DNA of 64,000 nt from Balanoglossus misakiensis (Eukaryota; Animalia; Hemichordata): assembly GCA_040954595.2 (NCBI GenBank), contig CM082585.2, forward strand, positions 4,985,808-5,049,807, read 5' to 3'. Below the pieces are notes generated by a model, which was not told the origin of the DNA, searched no databases, and worked only from the letters and a program-made list of their open reading frames with translations. This document shows positions 1 to 11,228 of the stretch, piece by piece. The position numbers were made by a program, and so were the translations under genes. How positions within the stretch are numbered: position 1 is the first letter of the stretch; every line of letters starts with the position of its first letter.

Positions 1-2752
1 TTTCCTTCGTCAATACTCACATTTTGCGAAACTCGCGGATGCGTTACTTCCAAAGTCTACCGAACGTGCGGGATTTGAGCCTCCGCTCAATGCCGCACTA
101 CGTACCGGTCACCAGATTCGCAATGGGTGTACACTGAGACGATTATCCCTAACAGGTATACTAGTCTCAGGTGTATATGAGAAGTTCTGGACTTGCTAAA
201 GCTGTCTACAAATGGAAGAGAGAGGGGGGGAAGAGAGAGATATAGCGAGAGATAGCGAGAGAGAGGGGGGAGGGGGAAGAGAGACAGATAGCGAGAGAGA
301 GAGAGAGGGGGAGGGGGAAGTTTGGTAAATAGATTTATAATATCGTCAGATCATAAAATCAAATGTCATAAATGTCGAATAGATTTCCCAAGACCCTCTT
401 TCTGGGCAGAACATGGTCATACTCGCCCAGGTATACCGATATCGAGAGAGGCCACTGTTTCGCGAGTATTAATTTTCGCGTTCACTTATTTCATTCACTG
501 CATCGTTATCTTCAAAAAACATTTACGCAATTTTTATTTCCACGCCGCTATTTTGGCTCTCGCGTATTTGGCGAAAATTAATTGCTCGCGAAAATAAAGT
601 GTTCTACAGAGCCCTTTACGCCGTCCGTCGCAGGGACCGTTTGCGCATGCGCAGTGTTCTGTAACGACTTGCTATTTTAACTTATTTACACGTGAAGTGT
701 CAAAGTTCATAATACCAGAAATTGTTGACTGTTCAATATTATAGAATGCAACAAGTACCAAAGGCTGAACGGGCATTGTACAGATGGGTTCCCTTTCAAT
801 AACCAACTATTCATTTTAACGTTGATTATAATACCCGGTCAGAGACAAGTCTCTATGTAGCCCTTGTTCTGCTCTCGAGTTTTCTGGTTCACAGGCCCCT
901 GTTGACCTAGATGTACTTTGATCCAATGGAATGGAAAAATATACCGTAATGCCTATACCAATGTCGATCAAAAAATATCTAAAACCACCGGTTTAATTTG
1001 GTGAGGCATATGAACGGTGTGAACCAATCTCGTGGTACTCGAATTAAAAGATCTATAGAATGATGTGTGTACAGCTCTCATCTACGCACACACATACCGT
1101 CATGGTACTCAGACCAGAAGGTGAAAGTGTCCTGTATTGTCATTGCCATATCCTTGCTATTCATTCTAACTTTGAATGCACACGCCCTCAGCCCAGGTCA
1201 GACATTGTCTGCTCCTTTGTTCTGCTCTCTGTAGAAACGCGTTCGTCCTCGGCATTTCATTTGGACAGCAAGGAGCACCAACGGTAACCCGTCCCACTTT
1301 GAAGAGTAGGAACCCATTTCTTCAAGAAGTAAAGTGTCCTTCTCATGAACAGAACAGAACAGAACAGAACATCAGGTAATGTCCGAGTCTTGCACTATAA
1401 ACTCACCCCGAAAAGTGTTTTTTGGGGGGAGCTAACAGACGCTTGTTGACCAGATAACAAATGGAATGGAAAACTATTAGACTAAGTATATCACATGCAG
1501 TAATGGCTGGCGTAAAACGTTTGCTTGTTCGGTGTTTGAACGTCAGAATGGAAGTCGCATGGTTCACGGTCGCTTCTTCACCAGATAAGTTACGTCACAT
1601 TTTGCAAATTCATTCCGAGGTGGTATCATATTTTATGTTTGCAAACTTCACGACGAATGCCAACCGTCAGTGTATTCAGTATTGAAGCCCCGTTCTATTT
1701 CATGCCTTGCGCAAACCTGTTCTCTCGTGTATGTGGCAAACCGCATCAAAGTGAAGGGTGTCTCAGTTACGTTAAATGCACCCTTTTTCTTGAATGACTT
1801 ACGCCAGCACTCATATACAAACTTCAGAAAACTGATTCTTGACTGGCTTGATCTGCTTGGTTTGAATCATGTTGAAGGGGTGTGTTGTTACCGGGCGTGT
1901 CTCCAACCACACAGCCGATAGCAAACGCGCAGCGTCACCCCAGAGCAGAACTCGCCAGCCACGCACAGCTACAGTGGACATCCTGAATTGTTTTGATGAT
2001 GGCGGTGATGCAGAAAAGAGAGTGTTGAGTATAGTTGATAAGCCATTGATTCGTGCGACAGCGATATCAAGTAGACAAAACCTTGCACTTCCACGGACTG
2101 CCGTCTTCATATATGTACTTTTATGAGCTGGAAGACACGCGCCCAAACACACACAGACACACCCCCACACACATACACACACATTTATGTAAACGACTGC
2201 ATTTGAGTCGGTACTTGGCAGGCTTTCTGAAAAGCAGTCTCCAAGATTCCCTAAAGGTTTACTATTGTATACAAGTGTATACTAGTTGTGCCGACCCCTC
2301 CAACATAAATGCGTGATCTAAATTCCTTACTCTACTCACGGTTACTTCTTCTAGTAACCGTGCTCTACTGGATGGTTCACGCTGTCCTTTGAAAGACCGG
2401 ACAATGTCACTTGTATACTGGGAGGGTCATGGCCTACTTTGATGACCATGTGCAGTGTGAAAGACTTCTGAGCTTTTGAATCTCTGAATACCTTAGTTTT
2501 TGAATGTCTATCACAAGAATCTCCTCCACGTAGTACAGGTCGGATAAAAAACATAGCGTCATAGGCACCGTGATCCCATTTGAGGATTACATGGAAGTAG
2601 GCTTATACCAGAATAAAAAAATCACCCGTGACGTTGGCAAGCATATATGACCTAACCAATTATAAATATGGAAATGTAACAACAATAACTAGGACCATGC
2701 TCAAATAAACTGCCATGTGTCATGGCAATGAATCTTAGTGCTAGAAAAATTG

Positions 2753-2791
<39 letters not shown>

Positions 2792-3295
2792 CGCTCACTG
2801 ACCTGCCACTGGTAATTAATAATAGAACAGCTGGTAGTCTTTGTGACAGCTGGCCTATTAAATTTATGTAAACATATAGAGTACCAAATAAGTATATTAT
2901 TTCAATCACCACAAGTAACATAACTACCAAAGGTCAAAGCACTCTGACACGCGGTTTGAAAGAAAACAATTTTTGACGAAAAATTGCAAAAATTTCCCCA
3001 ATTACACAAATATGCAAATTTCACTATTATTTTTCAACACCTTACTTGGGTTACCCCAAGAAACATTCCTACTAAATTTCAAAGCAAGCGGTTTTAGACA
3101 AAAGGATTTTTGACCGAAAATGGGGAAACAATGCTCAGAAATATTAAATATGCAAATTGTGTACTCAACATTTTTGCTCATTCATGTTTCTCATTTCAAC
3201 AGTACATCTTCGGTAAAAGTTGCGAATAAGAACATCTGTGACGTCACGAAGAAAATAACGCTGCTAAGTATATGCATCCAGTAAGCTTGTAAACT

Positions 3296-5332
3296 ATGTC
3301 TGAAATTACCAAGGTAATTAGTGGTCATTATTGTACACCCACTGCAATGCACTATGCAATGCTATAGTGTGCTGTACACACATCTTCAACTGTGTCATAC
3401 GTATGCAAATGTGCATGATTCCACTGAGTTATACGTATGCAAATTTGCATGAATCCACCGTGCGATACGTATGCAAATCTGAATTTTTCCACTGTGTCAT
3501 ACGAATGCAAATTTGCATGAAGGGGCATGGAGACTAAGTACAGGTGATTTATTTGAGGTTGTGTTATGCCCGAATAAAATGAAATTTATCTACTACTGAT
3601 GAAAAAACAGTGGCTTGTTTTTATGTCTAAATTTAGGACTAAAGTATGCAGACATGTTTGATTTATTTTAGATACGACTAATGTTCTTGGTGATGTTAAG
3701 TGTCAGTGTCATTGTAACCTTGTACTATGTGTTGCATGAAGACTATTCGAGTACATTTGTCAAAAAGACATATAGGTAGGTGAATAATATCTGCATTATA
3801 GCATCTACTGTCTTGGCCAATGCAATTTAATTCCATTATAATTAAACTATACGAAGGATTGAAATGCACTTGCTATGACAATGAACCTTTCGTACTTACA
3901 GCGGCTATTTTAGTTGAAAAATGGTCAGAGAATAAGTTGTATATATGAAGACCTAGATTCATTTTGACTGCGCGTGCGCTCGCTCTCGCGTCCAAGAGTG
4001 CGCGATGTATATACTTATTGTTTCAATTTATGATGACGCGTAAGTGATCCAATTACCGGTTATAGTCATATTTCAGGATTTCACGCGAGGGCGTCAGTTT
4101 CGGAGATTCATTCACAACGTTGGATACCGCCGCCATCCAGAAGCCGTGGACTGGCCGAACGTTGCGAGCAACTTAACAACGTGGCGTATATCTTCAACCG
4201 CAAGACGGGCAGTACAACTCTTGTAACACTGATCGATAGATTCGCAAAGAAAAACCAATTTACTCATGAAAAACAAATTATACACCACGAAGGTAGCGGA
4301 TACAAAGGAACCATGAGACTCTATCACGTGAATGGGGAAAATCATGGTGCCGAATTAGCCGTGCTGAAAATGCAACGAAGAAATCGTATTCATTTCTTGA
4401 GAGAGAATGGAACACTAAATATTGTCGGCGCTGATAAAACTGGACTGAACTGCCGTGGTGCAAAATCTCCCAATACAATTTTGGTCTCAATCGTACGTGA
4501 GCCAGCTGCAAACTTTGAATCCGCGTTTGAATTTTTCCATTTGGAAAGATTCCTTAAGAAAACACATTATCCAAATAGCACCGCAAAATTGAAAGAATTT
4601 CTACAGAACGCAGAATATTACTTCAAGGTGATTCAAAGAAAGGGGGAACCACCCCAAGTGGCCGTGGTACGGAACGGCCAGGCCCGCCATCTCGGTTTGG
4701 ACCAGGAATATCACCACAACCCTGATAAGTACTTTACAACACTGGAGAAAGAACTTGACTTAGTTCTTGTGGCTGAATATTACGACCATTCCCTGGTGTT
4801 GCTGAAAAGGATTATGTGCTGGAAAATGGAGGATATATTGTATATATCACGACGGGTGCGTTCGAGATCAAAGCGTGTTCCTCTCGATGAACACTTGAAA
4901 GAGTCCATACGCAAATGGAACTTTCTGGATGTCCAGATATATGACATGTTCAACAAAACGCTGTGGCGGAAAATTCGAGAATATGGACCCGATTTTGACA
5001 AAGATTTGAAAGATTTCCGTTTGACCAGGGATGCAGTGGTGAAAGACTGCGACACATTTCACCGTGTTTCCCCGGGTACAATATCTTTGCTTGAGCGTCG
5101 GGGCACAGTTATGGGAAATGCTCATGGGTTCTGCACAAGACTGAACGTGGCCTGGCACCAGAGACATTCACGTATGTGGTGGAGGTATAAAGGAGGCGAA
5201 TCGGTTTTGATCAGTCTTAAAGGTAAGGATTTCTATCCTATAAATGATTACCACTGCCCAAAAAACTATAGCCTACGATATGCACTCAAACTCAACACTT
5301 ATAAGTCTGTCCGATACCCCAAACTTCCATAG
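3296..5332 (+). CDS. Galactose-3-O-sulfotransferase (GAL3ST family)-like type II Golgi membrane protein, ~462 aa, 3 coding exons
   Basis: Main exon ORF 4181..5332 carries Gal3ST motifs: C-x-x-x-x-NVAYIFNRKTGSTT (PAPS loop), VREPAANFESAFEFF, LDLVLVAEYYDHSLVLLKRIMCW, WNFLDVQIY. Phase-compatible GT-AG exons 3296-3313 (MSEITK), 3672-3775 (IRLMFLVMLSVSVIVTLYYVL, signal anchor) and 4066-5332 total 1389 nt. The two small exons are less certain than the main exon. Confidence 0.88.
3388..3520. repeat. ~34-bp tandem repeat x4, each unit with the ATGCAAAT octamer (mirror at ~15198-15330)
   Basis: Units approximate CCACTGTGTCATACGTATGCAAATTTGCATGAAT; located in the first coding intron of the sulfotransferase model. 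Confidence 0.75.
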
Positions 5333-5727
5333 TTGAGTAATCTAGTTTTTCCTCAAAATTTTGTCACATTTCATTTTTGTTTATTCAGTTTCCTTCAGCC
5401 TAAACTGTTGTGGCAGTTTCGTTGTCCTTTAGAATTTTCCCATTTTCCTAGATTATTCTGTTTCTCTTTTGCTTTGTTTTTCCACCAGTTTGATCCAGAG
5501 TTTTTTCTTTATGTATTATGTATTCAGCATGCACCTGTTCTGCTCTAAAATGTACATCTTCTTTGCAATTCTAGACAATTTGTTTTCTTTCTTTTTCTTT
5601 CAAATATTTTGTTAGGGCCATGAAGGAAGATCTGTTCTGACAAACTATATTTCATGGTCCCCACCAATAGTACAAAAAAATCAAATTTATGTAATTTAAT
5701 TACTTCTTATGGTGAAATCAATTATAA

Positions 5728-6017
5728 TTATAACACACCATGCAGCGAACCCTCGATCGTGATTCGTCAATACGACGTCACGTGACCTTAGTCATTTCGA
5801 ACTTTTCCCCAGGGCTTCAGTTCGATCGGTTTGGTGTGTTATAAAACACATGATGACAAGAGTGTATTTCTGATGACCTCGGGACTGCCAGTCACACCAA
5901 AACAGTCTGTTTTCCCTCGGACTATGCCCTCGGGCAGACAAGACTGTTTTAGTTGTGACTAGCATCGCCCTCGGTCATCAAAATACACTGTCGCCCTCAT
6001 TGTCAGTCATCATGTGT
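5728..6017. mobile_element. Palindromic non-autonomous element (short IR pair plus long hairpin), possibly Crypton-type; mirror at 12701-12990
   Basis: IR TTATAACACACCA (5728) / TGGTGTGTTATAA (5832), followed by an imperfect hairpin ACACATGATGAC...GTCATCATGTGT (5846-6017) centred on CCCTCGGACTATGCCCTCGGG. Family label is recalled, not tested. Confidence 0.55.
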
Positions 6018-6320
6018 ATACTGTAAAATACAGCATAGATTCCACAGAGGTCGAAATGCTAAATAGAGTTCAGACTTCTTCGAGTACTGAATTTCCCTGC
6101 CGAGCTGCTAGCTATGTCGTAGCCTGTGAGGTGTGCGATTGCTGTTTGTGTTTTTTAATTCACTGGGCACTTTTCGAACAAACCTGAGGCAATATTTGAT
6201 GTGCCCACGAGGACAAGAGGGAGATTAGTGTCGTGTCGCGATTTTCCTTTTGAATTCTGACTGCTGCAAACAACCGCAATGACGTCAACAAAGAACACGT
6301 CGTATACAATGTGAAGTCCG

Positions 6321-6382
6321 TAGTCTGGTCCCCTGCCCCAATCCCACCGCTGGCTGCGCTACTGGGGCAGGGGACCAGACTA
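6321..6382. mobile_element. 62-bp TAG...CTA mini inverted-repeat element with 10-bp TSD (AcademH-like MITE); mirror at 12336-12397
   Basis: 20-bp TIR TAGTCTGGTCCCCTGCCCCA / TGGGGCAGGGGACCAGACTA; direct repeat GTGAAGTCCG at 6311-6320 and 6383-6392. Confidence 0.8.
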
Positions 6383-6693
6383 GTGAAGTCCGAAACTTGG
6401 TTTGGTTCGCGCCCTCGTCCGTGTGCATCTGCCAAAATTTCAGTTTTCTTGTTGGTCTGCAGATCGTCCATCTCCCGGAGAATTTAACTGGGACGTGACG
6501 GCGAATACATCCAAGATGCACTGCGCCAAAATCTCGTATCACGAACGAAAACCGGAAGAAGACAGCGAGAGTTTAAACATCCACTTGTCAGCGAGTAACA
6601 GAATGTTGCAGGCCGATTTCAAGGTTGAGAAGTCAACAAATGAGTCATACATCGCAAAGGCGGAAATAAACGACACAGAAGACATACAGGTAA

Positions 6694-7487
6694 GGGAGCC
6701 GTCATTATTTATGGCCTGGGGGGGTCGGAGGAATCAAGGGGGGGGGGTTACTCAAAAATTGGAAGGCTGCAAGGGGGGGTTTCTCAAAAATTGTAGATGA
6801 AGAGGGGGGGGTTACTCATTTTTGGGAAATGTATCAAAGTTTTTCAACTGAAAGATTTAGTTGTGTGCTGTGCAAGTGCTGCAGCGCTCGCGACCTCTGG
6901 TCGCGGAACACCAGAGTGTCCACACTGCACTATCAAAGTATTTTTCCCAAAATTTGCTGATAAAGGATTGGCATGCTTGCCTGATCATGCATAAAAAACA
7001 TTACTCCTTATTATATCAACAAAGTTTGATAATCATTTTGACTTTTAACGATGCCTGTCCAAATTACACAATGCTACTTGATGGTTACTGGTTATGGGTG
7101 AGCTTTTACGGTAATCATTATTTAGTTGTGACTTTGAGATTGTTTTGTTGTTTCACCCTTTTCAATCCATCATGATGCAACTGATGATCACCTACAATGT
7201 AGCAGGGTGAACCTGGAGTTGAAAGGTCTTTTACTACACTACTGTAATAGTGATTTTTATAATATACCTCATGCTAATACTGTGTCGTGATTCGCCAGAA
7301 TCCGTCACGTGATAGGAAAATAGAATCGACTATGAACCGCTAGGGAAATAGCAGAAAAAATATAAACCGGTCACGTGACCAGCGTGAGTGCGCAAACTCG
7401 GTCACGTCCATCAGCGTCGCTTCGTCTGACACAATGGCCACCGCGGAAGATGTCGTCTGCCAACCTCAAGAGAAAATTGCCAGATTT
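6694..7487. mobile_element. Left part of a PIF/Harbinger (or Zator)-type MITE with a nested IR element; split by the rearrangement (mirror 11229-12024)
   Basis: TAA at 6691-6693 then TIR GGGAGCCGTCATTATTTATGGCCTGGGGG...TCGGAGGAAT; subterminal G-run-TTCTCAAAA repeats; nested IR TTTTATAATATACCTCATGCTAA at 7255-7277. Confidence 0.7.
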
Positions 7488-10400
7488 TAGTCCGGCCGCC
7501 AAATCCACTTTTTTTGCCGAACCTTGTTTTGGCGTCTAAAGTTTTTTTTAAAGCGGATTCTGCTTGCATAGATCACCAGAGTGAAAGAAATGGTTACTGG
7601 AGCTCCGTCAGTGTTGAGCAATTTGAGATAATTAGCATAAAAAAATGGCCGCCAAATGATTTCAAATTATCAATATATAGGCCGGCTGCCAAGTCCGCTG
7701 TTTGTGACGAACCTTGTATTAGTGTCATCAGAGATTTTAAAGCGGATTCTGCTTGCATAGATCACCAGAGTGAAAGAAATGGTTACTGGAGCTCCGTCAG
7801 TGTTGAGCAATTTGAGATAATTAGCATAAAAAATGGCCGCCAAATGATTTCAATTATCAATGTAAGAGATATAGAAATCACCTTTATAGTGCGAAAACAG
7901 GTTAGTTGTCATAATTGAGTATATTTAAATACTAATTTGCATAAGTTAACGCTCCATGACGTATATACAAGTATTGTAAACCCTAAACATGAGTTACATA
8001 CACGTTTTAACCAGATGAATGTTAATCTTTGCCGCAAAGGAATATGGCCGTCACTGTAGTAAAATGAAAAATACAATGAAAACATTGCATTTCTCACTTT
8101 AGAACTTCATAAACAAAGCATGATCTCATCCAGTAGAACACATGGAAGTAAATGTACTCCACTGAGACATTAGATTTTTTATTTTTCATGGCACAAAACT
8201 TGCGGAAATGTTTCACTATACTGATATTCCTTTCATTTTTGGCCATTTTATCATAAATTCATAAATAAGTGTTTTCTTGATATACTATCAGGCAATATCA
8301 TTTATTACACCTAATTAGAAGTACAGTGTAGATCAGAGATTATTTAAAGCTTAACTGTTTTTTATAAGTTGAACTGTATAAACGCAGATTATAACGTATT
8401 CTCTAAACTACAATAAACTACATTGAAATGTACATTAAAATGTACTAGACATTGTTCTGATCATATTTGTGTGTTTCCAAATGAGTGTATGCAATCCTGA
8501 AAGACCCGTATACATATCCTTTATCTGTATCTCGGATAAAGATACACCTATTAAAAATGTTCGAGCAGAATGTCTCATTAGTCAACATGAGTTTTTTCCG
8601 GGATTTTAAGATTTGTTTACAAAATAAACATTGGCCAAATTTTAGACAAGGATATAATGAATAAAGTTAGCAACATTCTTATGATTCAGGACACACCTAC
8701 AGCCTCCTATTCCTATATAAACACCATGGGAAGGAAACTGTCCCATTACAACAGAGACTAACATTACTGATGAAACAGGCTTTCTTTGGTGGCAGTCGTA
8801 GGCATGAGCATATTGTCATTAAACACAACTCAGGCTATATTTTTCAACAATGATGCCAAATGTAAATACACCGATGTTGAAATAATAAGAATGCTGAACT
8901 TCCTGTTACCTTTCTATACATCCATATGGAGCCAAGTTTATGTAATCTCTACGAAATATGATGTAAAACTATTGCTTGTAAATGTTCCAGTAACACCTTA
9001 GATAAGTCGTCGATTTCATAATTGTGAACTATCCTACTATATGTGACCTACGGGTAGTCATAACCAGCTATAACCCTATAACCACTGAAATTAAATACAA
9101 ACACTGGTCCCCAGATCGCATTTGTGATTCGCCTCGAAATAATGTACTGATCAGCTGAACGAGATCTTTCAACCTTCAAATCTCTGTTCACACTTTTATC
9201 CTGAAAACACTAGATAAAACTGTAAAGTCTTCCGATCTATCCCTTTGATGTGCGTTTTCGAAAAGAACTGGTGTGGAAGATGTTAAGCTTCTTATTTTAA
9301 ATTCATTTATAGAAACAACTTGAGAAACCTGAAGGAATGCGCAAGAAGACCTTTATAAAAATCAAGTAGAAATTGTCCCGACTCACACATACCTTGGCTC
9401 CATTTTTGATAATACATTAAAATGGGATGCCAACACGTATTTTGTAGTGAGAAAGAGCAGTGTTTGTATTTTTAAAGGAAATTGGCATCGTTTAGATAAG
9501 AAAGGGAAATTCATTCATTTAAAGCGTTCTAACATTTTCCTTCAGTTGGCTGCTGCCTATCTGTCCTTAAAAGTAAAAAATGCTGGAAAAGACAAGACAG
9601 TTCCAAAATAATCTGCACTCCTGTTAGAAATTAGCAATGTTTTTTTTATAATCAACAGGTATTTCGCAAAGCTTGCACAATCGATCCTTCAACATCCATG
9701 ATTTATCACCATAGTTTAACTTCCTCCTCGTTCATTTTTAAAGGTTTCAGCTTGCAGGTTGAACAGGCACAAACATTCAGCTTTTAAACGATATGAGTTG
9801 ATTGATGTTCCATGTGTATCCTTGCCCTTTTTAAATGTTCGAAATGTTTTCACAATGTGTATGTATGTTTTTCAAGAGTCATTGTTTGCCAAGTTTTGTG
9901 ATGAATAAACAAAACTCCCGAGATGCGGTAAAGTTTGCAACTAATATGAGGAATTTAAAATTAGACACAGCTTATTACCTTTAAAACGAAATTGAGGCAG
10001 ACATTCTCTGACTTTCGCAGAATAATTTACGAAATTCAGTGGTATCTAAAGAGACTTTGTAATTCCAAATATGACTCATCAGTCACTCAAATGGCAAGTG
10101 ACAGTATTTCTGGATTTGACTCACAATAATAATTTGGCATTTTGGTAAATTACACTTTAGTTTGTTCCTTTTGGTCAATCTTGACTGGGGTAACATTCTC
10201 GCATGATACGTTGTCCAATTCGGGACACCTGGTACGGCCACTTCAAGTAGTTCAAGGCGATAAAATATAGCAACTGCCATTATCAATTATTTCTTGGAGC
10301 TGGTAATTTTACCTCGTATGATAATGATTATTGGACTGGATATGACGGCATTATGTTGCCTTTGAGAAAGGGCGAAGGATTACCTGGCTGCTCATGATAA

Positions 10401-11228
10401 ATGTGTGATAATCAACATTAATTTTGCGAAAGAAGATTTATGTACTTGCAATTCTCCCGACTTTAAATAGATTTTTGCTACCCAGGTGAGTAATAAAAGT
10501 CTCATCTGGTCGACACAATTCCAAGATGGCCGAGTTTTTGCCATGTTTAAGAAATGGGAGTTCATAAGCTAAAGTGATATTCGGTCATTCCGATACTTTG
10601 TAACTAAAAAAATTTTTAAATGTAAAAAAAGTTGATTGACTTTAATATGTCAACTTCAAAGCAGAAATGTTTGACCAAAGGAAGTCATGAAATACATTAA
10701 ACATATAATGTCTTCTATCTATTACTCTAGTGAATTGTCTACTTTTTACCCATAATGCAATTATTATGGGATTTTACCCTCTAGCACAAAGTGAAAAACT
10801 ATTTAAGGTGGCCAGAATTATAAAACAGTGATAAGAAATGTTTTAAAATGACTGCACGTAGCAAAATACATATGTAAAAGTTATTCAACAAAAACAGAGG
10901 TTCACAGATGGCCACCATCTTGAAATTATGCAAATTAGCTCATTATAAATGGCAACATTTATTTTCTAGTTTGTCTTAAGCAACAACTTGGTGAAATAAA
11001 TGATAAAAACAAAGCTACAGGGTGTATAACGTTCGTTTGACTCTTCTTTCTCAGCCAAAATGCAATACGTTGGCGGCCATTTTGATTATGCTAATTTATT
11101 CAAATTGCTCAATGCTGACAGAGCTCCAGTAACAATTTTTTTCACTTTGGTGATCTATACAAGCAGAATCCGCTTTAAAAAAAACTTTAGACGCCAAAAC
11201 AAGGTTTACCCCTCTGGCGGCCGGACTA
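7488..11228. mobile_element. 3,741-bp non-autonomous TIR DNA transposon, copy 1 (Academ-like; Tc1/mariner-type TA-TSD reading not excluded)
   Basis: Both ends read TAGTCCGGCCGCCA with ~165-bp imperfect TIRs (AACCTTGTTTTGGCGTCTAAAG...AAAGCGGATTCTGCTTG...AAAATGGCCGCCAA); no long ORF; a second full copy exists in the window. Confidence 0.88.
8560..8910 (+). pseudogene. Degenerate Penelope-like retroelement ORF fragments inside the TIR element (mirror ~28632-28982)
   Basis: Short translated blocks DTPTASYSYINTMGRKLSHYN and KYTDVEIIRMLNFLL resemble motifs I recall from invertebrate Penelope-like RT proteins; interrupted by stops. Recognition from memory only. Confidence 0.35.

Larger units (their letters stand above)
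1..7487. repeat. Left arm of a large, near-perfect inverted duplication (truncated by window edge)
   Basis: Every ORF here has an identical opposite-strand mirror at 11229-18717 (coordinate sums 18718 for outer ORFs, 18716 for inner ORFs). The 2-bp offset is explained by G10 at ~6738 versus C12 at ~11969. Base 1 pairs with base 18717. Confidence 0.97.

Noticed and set aside
3388-3520. CRISPR-like repeat array
   Set aside because: Units are contiguous with no unique spacers, the context is eukaryotic, and there are no cas genes.
4071-4077. Stronger-looking acceptor TTTCAG at 4076 for the sulfotransferase main exon
   Set aside because: Out of phase with the upstream exon ending at 3775 (leads to a stop); the AG at 4064-4065 keeps the frame.
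7514-7918. 134-aa ORF with an internal repeat as a transposase
   Set aside because: It merely translates the doubled TIR; no catalytic motif.
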